A stretch of DNA of 64,000 bases from Octopus vulgaris (GCA_951406725.2 OX597824.1:75702001-75766000); one strand, 5' to 3'. Positions 27,766 through 41,220 are shown, counted from the first letter of the stretch. Notes: generated by a model from the letters alone, not told the origin. Program-made: numbers and translations.

Positions 27766-28061
27766 TTTCTCGCGTATACGCACATGTGCAGACGCTAAAA
27801 TTTGTTCTGATGACACAAAAAAGCGAACGCATTCGGTCCTTTCTTATTTTTCAATCCTATTGAAGCAGCCTTACTGTTACCACTCTCATTAGTATTTTCT
27901 ATTTCCCTCAGTTAAAACGTCATTTTGTTTATAAGCTGAAGAGTCAGTCCTAAAGTCATAGGGAGTTACATTCTCATTCTTCCAGTTTATCGCTCATTTA
28001 TGCATACATACATACATACATACATACATACATACATACATACATACATACATACATACAT

Positions 28062-28410
28062 AACCCAGTGGATGTTAACATAAAGCTGGAGATCAGTGAA
28101 AAAGAGAACACCTATGCTGAACTATTGAGAAATCTGCAGTTACTCTATCCAGATTACAAGTTCAGGTTTATACCTGTAATTACTGGGGCCCTAGAATATG
28201 TAACACACTGCATGAATACCAGTTTTGATAAATTAGGCTTCTCAGAACTAGAATGGAGAGACCTAATTCGAAGACTACAGATCTAATCCATCACTGGAAC
28301 TGTAAAAAATCTGTAAAATTTCCCAGAAGTTTATTATTTAAATATATATGAGCATGTCTAGATATGTGACTATATACATGAGAATACATACATAAAACAT
28401 ACAAATCTGC
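28062..28410 (+). mobile_element. R4-like RLE 3' end embedded in (CATA)n
   Basis: PVDVNIKLEISEKENTYAELLRNLQLLYPDYKFRFIPVITGAL…ITGTVK; (CATA)n on both sides. Confidence 0.75.
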
Positions 28411-28599
28411 ACATACATACATACATACATACATACATACATACATACATACATACATACATACATACATACATACATACATACATACAAAAATACCCTG
28501 TTGTTGAGGTTGAAATTCCAATGAAGGTTAGAAACCGGTTCTTTCTTTATTGGTAAGAAATCTTGAAATAAACTAAATAATGACATACATACATATGTA

Positions 28600-28778
28600 C
28601 GAGGGATGTTGAAAATTCCTGGCTTTGGGTAAAAGAAACAGCAAGAGGATCGGTTAATTATGATTTTATTCAACCTATTCCCCTCTCAGAATCACACTCT
28701 TATTGGAGCAGTCCTTCGGTTTTCCTAAGCCCTGTAAAAGAACAAGGTATTTCGCGATACCCTTAAAGCCAGGAACTT
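28600..28778. mobile_element. Mariner-derived MITE, truncated
   Basis: TA-cgagggatgttgaaaattcctggcttt … aaagccaggaacttt; homologous to 38099-38316. Confidence 0.7.
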
Positions 28779-28785
28779 TATATAA

Positions 28786-28823
<38 letters not shown>

Positions 28824-29009
28824 TGAAATATAGTTTATAGTATCAAACTATGAGAAAGTGAGATAGGGGCCTGATGATTGGGGTTATATTTTATGAATGG
28901 TCCCAGCAGAACACGGTTTGGTTAAGGAACCGGGAAATGTACCTCGTGAAACATGTGTAGCCAAGTTATAAAGTAGTAAGTATTTAAATTAAATAAGGAA
29001 CGCCTCATC

Positions 29010-29880
29010 TGTCATCCTCTCCACCAACACCACATAGCTCATCACATCCCACACCGACTGCCAACACCACACCATCCATCACACATCATAAGAAACATCC
29101 CATCCAGCATGGCAAGACGCGTCTGTGCTAGAGTGACTGACCCCAAAATACGTGAAATTCCACTCAATGAGCTCAAAAACTTCTTCACAATGCAGAAATA
29201 CCCCTTAGAATTGATTAATGAGGGGATTAAAAAGGCGATGAAACTAAGCATCACCCAACTACGGACACCTAAGGAAAAATAAATGAACACACAATTTCGT
29301 TTGTTAACACGCACAATCCTGAGATAACCAACATCTTTCGCGCCATAAAATTGAATTTACCTATACTCCTACAAGCCCCAAAATGAAAAATCTGATTGAA
29401 AAAATACCTTACGGAAGAATAGACCCCAACCAAATAATCTTAAAAAACACCTCACAAGAGCAGAATTCACATTAGAGAATGAATCAGAATTCTTAGTAAA
29501 AGAATGTGGAGATAGGAGATGTGGAACATCCAACAGCAATTTTTAATACTTAGAAAGTGGTTCCGACATAAAATTCAAGAGCGGATTCTCGTTCAAAATA
29601 AATGCAGATATGAAGTGCAAAACGCAGAACCTTATACACTGCATTACCTGCCCCAACTGCAAGGAAAAGTACATTGTCGAAACAAATAATTCCCTCTGCC
29701 AACGTGCAATAATACACAGGCAGCATATTCCGGAAAGAGGGATTACGCAATATTCCGTTAAGCAAACATCTGGAAATATGCAAAGACGGAAAATTCCAAT
29801 GTTTACGGGAAGACCCACAATACCAAAAGACAATGGATCAAAATTCATCAAAAAATTCTCTAGAAAATTGAATGTTTGAA
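29010..29880 (+). mobile_element. PLE (Neptune-like) thumb plus GIY-YIG fragment
   Basis: HPSHIIRNIPSSMARRVC…LNELKNFF…YPLELI; KCKTQNLIHCITCPNCKEKYIVET…RAIIHRQHI. Confidence 0.8.
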
Positions 29881-29960
29881 TGCAAAGCGGAGAATTGGCA
29901 TTTGTTATTCTAAATGTAGCTCCAACATTGGAAGCATGATACTCATCTCTATGAATATTC

Positions 29961-30004
<44 letters not shown>

Positions 30005-31732
30005 CTTTGGGATATTCTAGCTTTATGTATTTTTTCAAACTTGTAAATGTTGTTAGCGCAAAACAGGAAATTGAAAGATACCTTAAGGAAAGAAAAAGTA
30101 CACTACTACTGTTGTTTCTGCTCCAATATTTATAGCATTGGATTTTATTTTTCTAATTTGTAAATATTGTACTAATGTCTTTTCATGCAAAAACATTAAA
30201 TTAAAAGAAACTTGACTTTATTTTTCAATGCAAAACATCGAAATTACGCAGTGCAGACATAGACATGTTTCCAAATACATAAACACACACACACACACAC
30301 ATACACACACACACATACACACACATACACACACACACACATGCACATTTAAATTTTCATAGAACCTTTTATCTTCCCTTTGGCTCCTTAAAAAAGGAAG
30401 AAAAAAAAGGAAAAAATGGAACAAAAAAACGAGAAAAAATGCACTCAGTCATGACCGCACGCCCCCCAAGAACTGACTTCTTGGAGAGATCACCATCCTT
30501 GAACTCATTTCAATAGAATGGTAAATTACTAAATAAATAAATAATTAAATGGAAGTCAAAATCTCTCCTCCCCTCTCTCTACCTTTCTATCTCTTTGTCT
30601 ATCTATCTGTCTGTCTTTCTATTTATCTATCTATCTACCTACCTACCCATCTATCTATCTCCATTGTCTTGGAACCTCAACCAAAAGAACAAAAAAAAGT
30701 AGTGTTCTGCTCTTCTAAGCAAAACAAAAAAAAAACACCTGTTTTATATAAATAAACAACCTGTTTGTACATTCAGAAAAAAAATTTATTTGACAAGTTC
30801 GAAAAACAAACGAAAGAGTTAGTAATAATGACTAAATAATTCTTTTTCCAAAATTTTGGCCACTTCTTTTCTCAATATTCAATATCTGTACACCGCTTCT
30901 AACACTCTTTACATATGTATATACACGCGTTTGTTTACATGTATCGTAATAAAATTTCAGCTTTGCAGCGTTCAGCTCGATAGCTTTATAAGTTCTAAAA
31001 TTGCGGATCAATTCGTCAGTGGGTAGTTTAGCATAATTGGTAAAGCACTTAACCGGTAATGCGTTTGAAAATGAATTATCATCTTATTTATATCTCACAA
31101 TACGCATTCCAACGCCTCTAAAACAAACGTTAGTTTGTTTACATTTATCGTAATATCTTTAAAGATGGTTGCCATCGAAGTTCCATAAAAAAATTTACTG
31201 TGTTATATCATTAAAGGGGGGACATGGTTTATAAATTCCAGCGTTACTTATTCATATACTTAATTTCTCTTGATTAAAGGGCTCCAATTAATTATTGATA
31301 GAATATTAGCTTCCATTAAAGGAGATCCAGCTAATTATGAATTATATTCTGAAAAATTTTAGTGTAAGAAGGAAAAGAAGGAGAGCAATGAAAAGAAAAA
31401 TGAGTCATTAATATAAAGATAGTCATAATCACAGTTAATCATAACCTATAAATATGTAAAAAGAAACAGCATAGGACAATTCTGATGGAGAAAGTGGTCA
31501 ACAAATTGACGGGAAGATGGTAACGGGATAAACAAATAAATGTATATAATAGAATAATGAAATTAATTTAAGCAATAATCAGTGTCAACATAAAGATATA
31601 AATTTATACATTTTAGCTAAATATCGAACTGTATGTAGAGAGCTGGAGAGAGAGCAGTTATATAGCTGTACTGTAGTTATGAGTCGACAGGCTAGAAATA
31701 ATAGCGAAGAAAAAGCTAGAACTGATATTGTA

Positions 31733-32152
31733 TGGCGGCGAGCTGGCAGAAACGTTAGCGCGCAAGGCGAAATACTTAGTGGTTTTTCGTCTGCCGTTAC
31801 GTTCTGAGTTTAAATTCCGCCGAGGTCGACTTTGCCTTTCATCCTTTCGGGGTCGATTAAATAAGTACCAGTTACGCACTGGAGTCGATCTAATCGACTT
31901 AATCTTTTTGTCTGTCCTAGTTTGTCCCCTCTGTGTTTAGCCCCTTGTAGATAATAAAGAAATAGGTATTTCGTCTGCCGTTACGTTCTGAGTTCAAATT
32001 CCGCCGAGGTCGACTTTGCCTTTCATCCTTTCGGGGTCGATTAAATAAGTACCAGTTACGCACTGGGGTCGATCTAATCGACTTATACTTTTTGTCTGTC
32101 CTAGTTTGTCCCGTCTGTGTTTAGCCCCTTGTGGGCAATAAAGAAATAAGAA
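31733..32152 (+). mobile_element. Family D SINE dimer
   Basis: Head ggcggcgagctggcagaaacgttag; the second unit restarts at gtatttcgtctgccg (31966). Confidence 0.9.
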
Positions 32153-33327
32153 CTGATATTCCCCACCCCACCCCGCCAAAAAAAGCGAAATGGAATTTGA
32201 ATCCCAACGAGTCTATTAACCAATATTGTCACAATGATATTGAGAATGAATCAAATCAAATCAATTAAAATTGTATAGGTTCAGTAGATAAGTTGAATCA
32301 CTACAACAATAATTTAAAATTACGGGGAGTATTAAGAAAACGTTAAAAGAATTTATGGGAGTTATAAAGAATTATAAAGTCCATAAATGTTAATAAATGT
32401 TCAAAGAATTTATGGGATTGTAACGAATAATATAAAGCAGTATAATGGCCATAACTGGGGAGGTGGAAGCATATATTATGAAGATATCACCTAAGGTTAG
32501 AAGCAAATTGAAGTTAAGTTATAAATTGTATAATATATAAATTATATAAGATATAAATTACATAAAATAATTATTTATCGGAATCTGTCGTTAAAACAAA
32601 GGGTAGGAAAATGTAACTTAAATACGATCAATTATATGTATTAATAGTATTAACGTACGCTAGGTTACCTAAAGACAATATACGCAGCTTATTTCTAACG
32701 TCGCTGTTGTAGAGTTGTAGATACATATCTAGCACAAAGGGAAGACTGTATAGAATCGGTTTCATGTATAAGAAAGTTCTATGGACAAAATGCGAGAATT
32801 TGGCCCTTAATTAATCAAATCTATTAATAATATCAACCATGCTTTTTAAGATTTCCAACAAGATTTCTTGCGTGTTTAGCGATATTCGATATTTTTTGAA
32901 AATCGTTATTTTTTTGTTCTTTAACTCACAAACTTTCACGGAGAGTAACGTTGTTTTCACTTTGTTTTCCCTCCTAAATGTATGAAGATGATTTTATATT
33001 TAAAAATGGAATAAGTGGAACATACGTGAGTGAAAGATTGTAGATTCGTTTGAACATTACACTTGTATGCAACGTTTTTGATCAGGCACTTATTTCCTAG
33101 TGGGCGCTCAAGTTTCTTCTTAAAATTATACAGCCTAATGTTAGTATGGGAATCTCATAACTCATACCATTATGCAGTACACAGCCATGTTGCGATGTTG
33201 TGTGTGTTAGTCGCTCCGACAACACGTACATTGCCATAATTCGTACTACAGTTATTATAAACGTCACTCAGTTTTCCAAGTGCTGCAAAATATTATATTC
33301 GTTATCGTTATTACTATTATTACTACA

Positions 33328-33702
33328 GCGCAATGGCCCAGTGATTAGGGCAGCGGACTCGCAGTCGTAGGATCGCGGTTTCGATTCCCAGACCGGGCGT
33401 TGTGAGTGTTTATTGAGCGAAAACACCTAAAGCTCCACGAGGCTCCGGCAGGGATGGTGGTGATCCCTGCTGTACTCTTTCACCACAACTTTCTCTCACT
33501 CTTACTTCCTGTTTCTGTTGTGCCTGTATTTCAAAGGGCCGGCCTTGTCACTCTCTGTGTCACGCTGAATATCCCCGAGAACTGCGTTAAGGGTACACGT
33601 GTCTGTGGAGTGCTCAGCCACTTACACGTTAATTTCACAAGCAGGCTGTTCCGTTGATCGGATCAACCGGAACCCTCATCGTCGTAACCGACGGAGTGCT
33701 CC
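33328..33702 (+). mobile_element. SINE family A
   Basis: Colinear with 10094-10476. Confidence 0.9.
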
Positions 33703-33789
33703 TGCAGTTATTGCCCCAAACAATATAACTCTTCGCACCAATACATCTAGTGTTGATGTTGTTATTACTACTGCTGTTGTCTTCTTCTT

Positions 33790-34590
33790 CTTCCAACCAG
33801 GACTCATGCCATTAGCCACAAAGAATAAGCTCTAATTCGAGCCTACTCTAGGCTACTAAGAATGCGTGCGGCAACTTGAAGATCCACGAAAACTACATTA
33901 CTATTCTCATTCCGTAAAGTTGACTGTCTTCAGTCATCTTTAAAAGTCTACGAGCAGAAGAGCTACGGACTGTCCATTTGACAGACGTTACCACCAATGC
34001 CACGGCTGTTTTCAAGTGCCGTCGATCGGCGAGATGGAGTAGGGTGAATCGGCACTCTGCTCCTGCAATCTCTTCTCAGCTTGGAGGCACATGGCCTAGT
34101 AATTAGAGCAGCGGACTCGAGGTCGAAGGATCGCGGGTTCGAATCTCAGACCGGGCGATGTGTGGGTTTATGAGCGAAACGCCTAAGCTTCACGCGGCTC
34201 CGGCAGAAGGTAATGGCGAACTTCTGCTGGCTCTTTCGTCATAACTTTCACTCTTTCCTCCTGCATCTTGCAGCTCACCTGCGACAGACCGGCGTGCCGT
34301 CCAGGTGGGGAACCTATACGCCAAGGAAACCGAAAAACCGGCCCTTATGAGCCACGTATGGCTCGAGAAGGAACAGACGAAAAAAAAATCTCTTCTCAGA
34401 ATTTTGCTCCTTGCTCTTCTTAGAATTTTCTCATTTGTGACACTATCCTGCCACTTGACCCTAAAGATATTTCTGGGGCACATTTAATGGAATACATTTA
34501 GTTTTTTTTTATCCATCCTTATTGTGCTCTTCCACGTCTTACTAGTATAAACTGCAGAAGACAGGCCGATGGAGTAATATGTCTCTGTAA
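33790..34590 (-). mobile_element. RTE-clade LINE RT C-terminal remnant, interrupted by SINE B
   Basis: AVYTSKTW…KKLNVFH*MCPRNIFRVKWQDSVTNEKILRRA matches the RTE LLYxxETW…CLRxILxIxWxDxVxNxEVL pattern. Confidence 0.65.
34083..34386 (+). mobile_element. SINE family B with 13-bp TSD
   Basis: TSD aatctcttctcag at 34067-34079 and 34387-34399. Confidence 0.9.
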
Positions 34591-35261
34591 GAAGTGTCTG
34601 TTTGCGTATATGTGCATATGTATATTTAATGGAAGCAATCACAATAGACATTTCTATTTTGCTTTTGACTTAATTCACTGTGAAATTATTTATATTTTCC
34701 CCAGGCGTAAAACAACCTGAATCACATCCATTGTGCCGTTTGGTTTATATCAACAAATCATTGAAATTCTTAGCAGATGTTCACAACTCTACCACCAATA
34801 TAATCATTAACTTGTATACATCGGCCTGTATGTATCTGCCTATATGGTTGTAATTGTTTTCCATGCTAGTCACTTGCGCAGTAAACTTCGTTCTCCAGGG
34901 AGAAAAGTGGGTTTTTTTAAAAGTCTTTTCATTTCTTTTGTTCTCTGTACACCTTGGGTAGGTTTGTATGTATGTATGTATGCATGTATGTATGTATATA
35001 TGTATGTATGTATTTATGTATTTATGTATGTATGTATGTATGTATGTATGTATGTATGTACGTACGTACGTACGTACGTACGTATATATGTATGTATCTA
35101 TTAATCTATCCATCTATCTATAAATATATATATATAAAATTATAATTTAGGGTATCTAAGAGATACCTCCACAAAAATACCGTAAATTATAATTTTAATA
35201 ATTATTACCTTTGAAGGCTTTTATTCCCATACTGGCCACTTGATATGTTCGATATTTATCC

Positions 35262-35305
<44 letters not shown>

Positions 35306-35397
35306 GGCTGCCCCCCTCGTTATCGAGTATGGCCATTGCACGAAGCTTAACTGTTACTGGTGCTGTGATCGATAACTACATTGGATTGATCAAAGTG

Positions 35398-35434
<37 letters not shown>

Positions 35435-35518
35435 TACATACATACATACATACATACCTACATGCATGCATACATACATACATACATACATACATACATA
35501 CGTACATACATACATACA

Positions 35519-36727
35519 CGAGGGAGGGTCAAAAATTATACCACTCTTGTTTTGTTTTTTTCAATGTATTTACACAAAAAACAGGGGATAAACAAGTACG
35601 ACACTTCTTTCCGATGCACTTGGTGCAACGGTCCACAAGCTTGCATATTCCCTCCTAGAAGAAGGTTTTCAGCTGGTCGTGCAACCATTTATGCATCTTA
35701 ATCCGTCGGCAATCGACGACTTCGTAAACCATCTTTGAACGGTCCAAAGATATGATAGTCGGACGGAGCGAGATCTGGGCTGTAGGCAAGGTGTTCCAGA
35801 ATCACAAAACCCAATTGGTTAATGGTTTCTAAGGTCTGTGCAGCTGTGTATGGGCGTGCATTGTCATGCAGCAACAAAATTTTCTTCGACAATAGGCTTC
35901 GGCGTTTGGTGCGAATTGCTGGTTACAGTTTGTGGGCCAGCAAAGCATTGTATCTTGTTCTGTACACGTCTTTTCCAGGTAATCTTCCAGTACAGGCCAT
36001 TTTGAATCCCCAAAAAAGGGTTAGCATCACTTCTCTCGTGGAAGACTGAGTCTTGAATTTCTTCGTCGCTAGCGAACCAGGATGTTTTCACTCCATACTC
36101 TATTTTTTGGATTCTGCCTCATAATAATGGACCCCCGTTTCAACTCTTGTGACTATTCTGCTCAAATATTCCCGCCCTCATTGTTGTAGCGATCTAGTAA
36201 TCGTTGGCAAACCTCAAGACGTTTGCGCTTGTTCTCTGCAGTAAGCTCCCTTGGCACTCATTTTGCACAGACTTTGTGGAAGCCGAGCTCATCGTGGATG
36301 ATTTGAACCATGACTAACTGCAGAGAACAAGCTACAACATCGATGATGACTCGCCGGTTCACCATCATCATCTCTCTACACCATTACAATCTCTCGAGTT
36401 TGCTGAATCTTCTCATCAGTAGCGGAGGTTGACAGGTGTCCTGCTCCTTCTTCGTGCGTCACGTTTCTCAGATGAATTTCAGCACCTGAACACACCTTCC
36501 CACCGGAGAAATCAGATCACTGCTCTTTGTTCTTCTTTACTGCGCATTGCTAGTGGAGCGGCCGCGCTTACGCTGTAAAGCCAGACAGAAAAATGGCGCG
36601 ATCAGGCTCAAGCTTCAATTACATGAACACAATAGTACCAACTATAAGCACGCATGCGCAGAAGGCAGTGTGACAATAAGAAAGATATGTTATGGCGAAA
36701 GTGCGGATAATTTTTGACTTCCTCTCA
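35519..36727 (-). mobile_element. Near full-length mariner transposon, pseudogenised transposase
   Basis: LLLHDNARPYTA…LEHLAYSPDLAPSDYHIFGPFK; TIRs cgagggagggtcaaaaattat… and …gcggataatttttgacttcctctc; about 1.2 kb. Confidence 0.9.
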
Positions 36728-36769
36728 AATATATGTGTGTGTGTAATTATCTATCTATCTACCTGTTTA

Positions 36770-36845
<76 letters not shown>

Positions 36846-37040
36846 GGAATCTAATGCGCTTGGCTTAGATTTCCCTTGGGGGCTGCCCAGATCGGAGCAA
36901 TCTCAAGATTATTCAGCCGAAATTGCGAAGATGATCCGGTTCTTGACTGATGATTGAGGGCTTCAAATGTCCCGTCCGTGTTTTTTGTGTCGTCTTCTAA
37001 ATGTTTCACGTTCTTGTCCCAGTTTGTATATTTTTTTACT
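36846..37040 (+). mobile_element. (TA)n-embedded pLTR-like repeat, family H-A
   Basis: Bounded by (TA)n; antisense partial copy at 47125-47275. Confidence 0.65.
36891..36960 (+). ncRNA. Putative rearranged (non-circularly permuted) hammerhead ribozyme, family H-A
   Basis: gcaaT-C-tcaaga … GAAA-ttgc … tcttga-CTGATGA: stems I and III are perfect, stem II is weak, and there is an extra helix atcgga/tccggt. Confidence 0.65.
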
Positions 37041-37289
37041 TTTACATATATATATATATCGCGAAACTCTGTAACCCTTTGCTTGACCTTCCCTTCCTTC
37101 CTGTCTGTCTTCCTCTTTGCCTGTCTCTCTCCTTATTTTTCACCCTTTCTGGTTTCCTTTCCTCTCTACCTCCCTCTCTCTCTCACTCCTCCTCATCTCT
37201 CACACAGCCGAGTCGACCACTTCCTTTCACTGGCAGCCTCCTACAAATGAACATGCTTTTTCCTGCGCTTTTGAATTTTTCCATCGCCT

Positions 37290-37800
37290 AGGCTAAAAAA
37301 AGGCCCTCAATGTTTGTTTCCTTGTCCTGTTTTTATTCTTTACTTGTACTGTATTTTTTTGTATTTGTATTTTTATTTTGTATATGTTTTTTTTATTTGT
37401 ATTGTTTTTACGTCCTGTTTTTGTCACGTTTTTTTCTTACCTTGTTTTCACCCCTCTGCAAAGGAATTTTATTTAATTCTTTCGCAGGAAGGGCTAGTTC
37501 GACGAGTCGTGTTCTGTCCTTACCTTCGAAACACGCATGGAGTCGAACTAGGGACAGCGGATGAAGGGGAATTTTCCTTGTATTGTTTGTTTTGTACTCT
37601 GTTTTTTCGTTGTTAAAAAAAGTCCGTTTCCATGTTTGTTTTTACGTTTTCGTTTCTCGTTGAGTCCTACGTCTATTTGTGGTGTCCTGTACTCACATAT
37701 ATATATATTTATATATGCATGTATATATACATGTAGATGTAGGTACGTACATTGATGTATGTATGTATGCATATATTTTATTTATTAATTTATATATATA
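37290..37800 (+). mobile_element. (TA)n-embedded pLTR-like repeat, family H-B
   Basis: Homologous to 59388-59757 (+) and 46748-47067 (-); left boundary approximate. Confidence 0.75.
37494..37569 (+). ncRNA. Putative rearranged hammerhead, family H-B (core U4G in this copy)
   Basis: ctagttcgac … cgtgT-T-ctgtcct … ccttc-GAAA-cacg … gtcgaactag-ggacag-CGGATGA-agggg. Confidence 0.6.
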
Positions 37801-37836
37801 TATTATATGCCGCACCCTATATATATATATATATAT

Positions 37837-37950
37837 AGGTGCAAGAGTGGGTGTGTGGTAGGAAGCTTGTTTCCCAACCACATGGCTCCGGGTTCGGTCC
37901 CACTGCGTGGCATATTGGGCAAGTGACTTCTACTATAGCTTCGGGCTGAC
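37837..37950 (+). mobile_element. SINE family C 5' fragment
   Basis: Diverged head. Confidence 0.7.
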
Positions 37951-38052
<102 letters not shown>

Positions 38053-38098
38053 CATACATACATACATACATGCATACATATATTTAATATACAATATA

Positions 38099-38316
38099 CG
38101 AGGGTGTGCTCAAAAAATTTCTGTCTTTGGGTAAAAGAAAACACAGAAAGATCAGTTGATTATTAATTATATTCAATATATTTCCCTCTCTGATTCACAC
38201 GCTTATTGCAGCGGTCCATCAGTTTTTCTAAGCCCTGTAAATGAACTCGGAAGGTTGGGCCTCCAGCCAGGCATTTCGCGATATCCTTAAAATCAGGGAC
38301 TTTTCAGTACCCCTCG
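38099..38316. mobile_element. Mariner-derived MITE (~218 bp)
   Basis: TA-cgagggtgtgctcaaaaa… / …ttttcagtacccctcg TIRs; homolog at 28600. Confidence 0.75.
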
Positions 38317-38364
38317 TGTGTGTGTGTGTGTGTATGTGTGTGTATGTATGTATCTGTGTGTGTC

Positions 38365-38733
38365 TAGTCCCACTGCGTGGCACCTTGGGCAAGTGTCTTC
38401 TACTATAGCCTCGGGCCGACAAAAGCCTTGTGAGTGGATTTGGTAGACGGAAACTGAAAGAAGCCCGTCGTATATATGTATATATATATGTATATATATA
38501 TATATATGCGTGTGTGTGTGTGTGTGTGTGTTTGTCCCCTAGCATTGCTTGACAACCGATGCTGGTGTGTTTATGTCCCCGTTACTTAGCGGTTTGGCCA
38601 AAAAGACCGATAGAATAAGTACTGGGCTTACAAAAGAATAAGTCCCGGGGTCGAGTTGCTCGATTAAAGGCGGTGCTCCAGCATGGCCGCAGTCAAATGA
38701 CTGAAACAAGTAAAAGTGTAAAAGTGTAAAAGT
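38365..38733 (+). mobile_element. SINE family C (5'-truncated)
   Basis: Colinear body and tail. Confidence 0.88.
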
Positions 38734-38734
38734 G

Positions 38735-38765
<31 letters not shown>

Positions 38766-39139
38766 GGTTACGTGGTTGTGGAAAAGGACCAAGCTAGAAA
38801 TATATATTGACCTTTTGTAGTTTAATAGCCAGCTGATACGAACGCATTGGCCTTTCGTTTAATTCATTCGTCGATGATTCCTATTCGTCACAAAACTGTA
38901 TATGTAGCTTCACCTCAAAGGTCACCTAGTGCTGACCTTTCAGTGAACTTCGTTTAATTATCAATGACTACGTTGTATTGTTCACAAACAATAGCACGTC
39001 CTCTCTTGAGTTTCAATAACTGGCCTACCTTAGCCCTTGCTGAACTCACAGAAATTATTGCACAGAGGCAATTATACGGATAAACAAATGAGACGCATTA
39101 AATAGATTAAGTATATTAAATACATCAAATACAAAATAT

Positions 39140-39522
39140 GTGGAAGCACTCCGTCGGTTACGACGACGAGGGTTCCGGTTGATCCGATCAACGGAACAGC
39201 CTGCTCGTGAAATTAACGTGTAAGTGGCTGAGCACTCCACAGACATGTGTACCCTTAACGTAGTTCTCGGGGATATTCAGCGTGACACAGAGAGTGACAA
39301 GGCCGGCCCTTTGAAATACAGGTACAACAGAAGCAGGAAGTAAGAGGGAGAGAAAGTTGTGGTGAAAGAGTACAGCAGGGATCACCACCATCCCCTGCCG
39401 GAGCCTCGTGGAGCTTTAGGTGTTTTCGCTCAATAAACACTCACAGCGCCCGGTCTGGGAATCGAAACCGCGATCCTACGACCGCGAGTCCGCCGCCCTA
39501 ACCACTGGGCCATTGCGCCTCC
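39140..39522 (-). mobile_element. SINE family A with TSD acaaaatatgt
   Basis: Full-length antisense copy; TSD at about 39131 and 39525. Confidence 0.92.
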
Positions 39523-39814
39523 ACACAAAATATGTATATATGTATACAATGCAAAACGAGAGAAAGCAAAAGGTGGTGAATTTTTATGTATAAATATGTT
39601 GATATTTATATTAGTAGGTCCAACTTATACAGAATACAAACGACAGAAGGAATTAAAGGGGTGGGAAAAAGGTGTCCAAAAGCTGTTTCTGCGGGCTCGG
39701 CAATCCATAATAATGTTGGCAGTTTTAGTTCATTACAATATGCGGCCGTATTGGTGCAATTAACATTGGGTTTCCTTCATGAGGGTAGAGAAGATCTCAT
39801 TACATTATAACATA

Positions 39815-40208
39815 TACTCTTTTACTTGTTTCAGTCATTTGACTGTGGCCATGCTGAAGCACCACCTTTAGTCGAGCAAATCGACTTATTCTTTGTAAGC
39901 CTAGTACTTATTCTATTGGTCTCTTTTGCCGAACCGCAAAGTTACGGGGACGTAAACACACCAGCATCAGTTGTCAAGTGATGTTGGGGGGACAAACACA
40001 GACACAAACATACACACACACATATATATATATACATATACAAATATACGACGGGTTTCTTTCAGTGTCCGTCTACCAAATCTGCTCACAGGGCTTTGAT
40101 CGGCCCGAGGCCATAGTAGAAGACACTTGCCCAAGGTACCACGCAGTGGGGCTGAACCCGGAACCATGTGGTTCGTAAGCAAGCTACTTACCACACAGCC
40201 ACTCCTAG
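39815..40208 (-). mobile_element. SINE family C
   Basis: Full-length antisense copy. Confidence 0.9.
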
Positions 40209-40504
40209 CCTATGAATTATATATAAGAATTATATATATCTATATAATTCTTTAGCCAACATAATATTGATAATATTGATTATATTGATAGTGACTCTAA
40301 AGTTTTTAATGAAGCCTTCACCAGAATGTGATGAAGGTTAAGTAGACCGAAACGTCAGTGTCACTGTCAGTACTGATAAAGAATAATCAATATGTACACT
40401 GCAAAAACTTGTAAGTAGTCCTCCAGTCTAATGCAAATTTGTATTATTATTACTTGACATAAAAACAGATATTAATATCGTGTGTATGTGTGTGTGTTTG
40501 TGTA

Positions 40505-40554
<50 letters not shown>

Positions 40555-41140
40555 GAAGTAAATTTACGTATACCTACTCAGGCACGCTCGCACACACACA
40601 CACACACACACATTATATGTATGCTTATACAAACACACATACAAATGAGCTAAGAGAAATAACTCAGAGTGGCCAGAAGTGTGTGTATAAACAACACAAG
40701 CAAATACTGGTATATGAAATATCATACAACATAAATTCCTGATTTATTAAAATTTCAGTCGCCTCCAGAGAATGAATCGCTAATTACCAAATAGCAATTA
40801 AAGAACAGCTCCTCTTGAAAAGGGGAGATAATCCCCAAAATGAAGAGTTCCCCAAAGCTCCTATGCCATTAAGTATTGGGACAGGTTTATTGTTTAGATA
40901 TCAGAAGGCAATGAGCCGTGGTCAAGTGTTTATGGTGTTGAAACCTCTTCATCCGCACCATAATATGTCAACCGTCATCTTCTGTAGTAAAAGGAGGAGA
41001 TTATCTCTCCTTGTCAGGTGGAACTTGTCATAATAACCATTTAGTAATTATGATGCGTGATCTGACAACGGTTAGCTGCCATTTCTGTATGTGTGCGGGA
41101 TGTGTGTGCGTCTATTAATGAACATATGTATGTATGTGTG

Positions 41141-41220
<80 letters not shown>

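Noticed and set aside
37523-37569. Reading family H-B as a conventional type II hammerhead cleaving at the downstream GTC (37542-37544)
   Set aside because: Stems I and III do not form in that register, whereas the upstream cgtgT-T-ctgtcc strand pairs fully with both
38909-38947. Hairpin ttcac..aaaggtca/tgaccttt..gtgaa
   Set aside because: Single short hairpin with no second copy or recognisable motif
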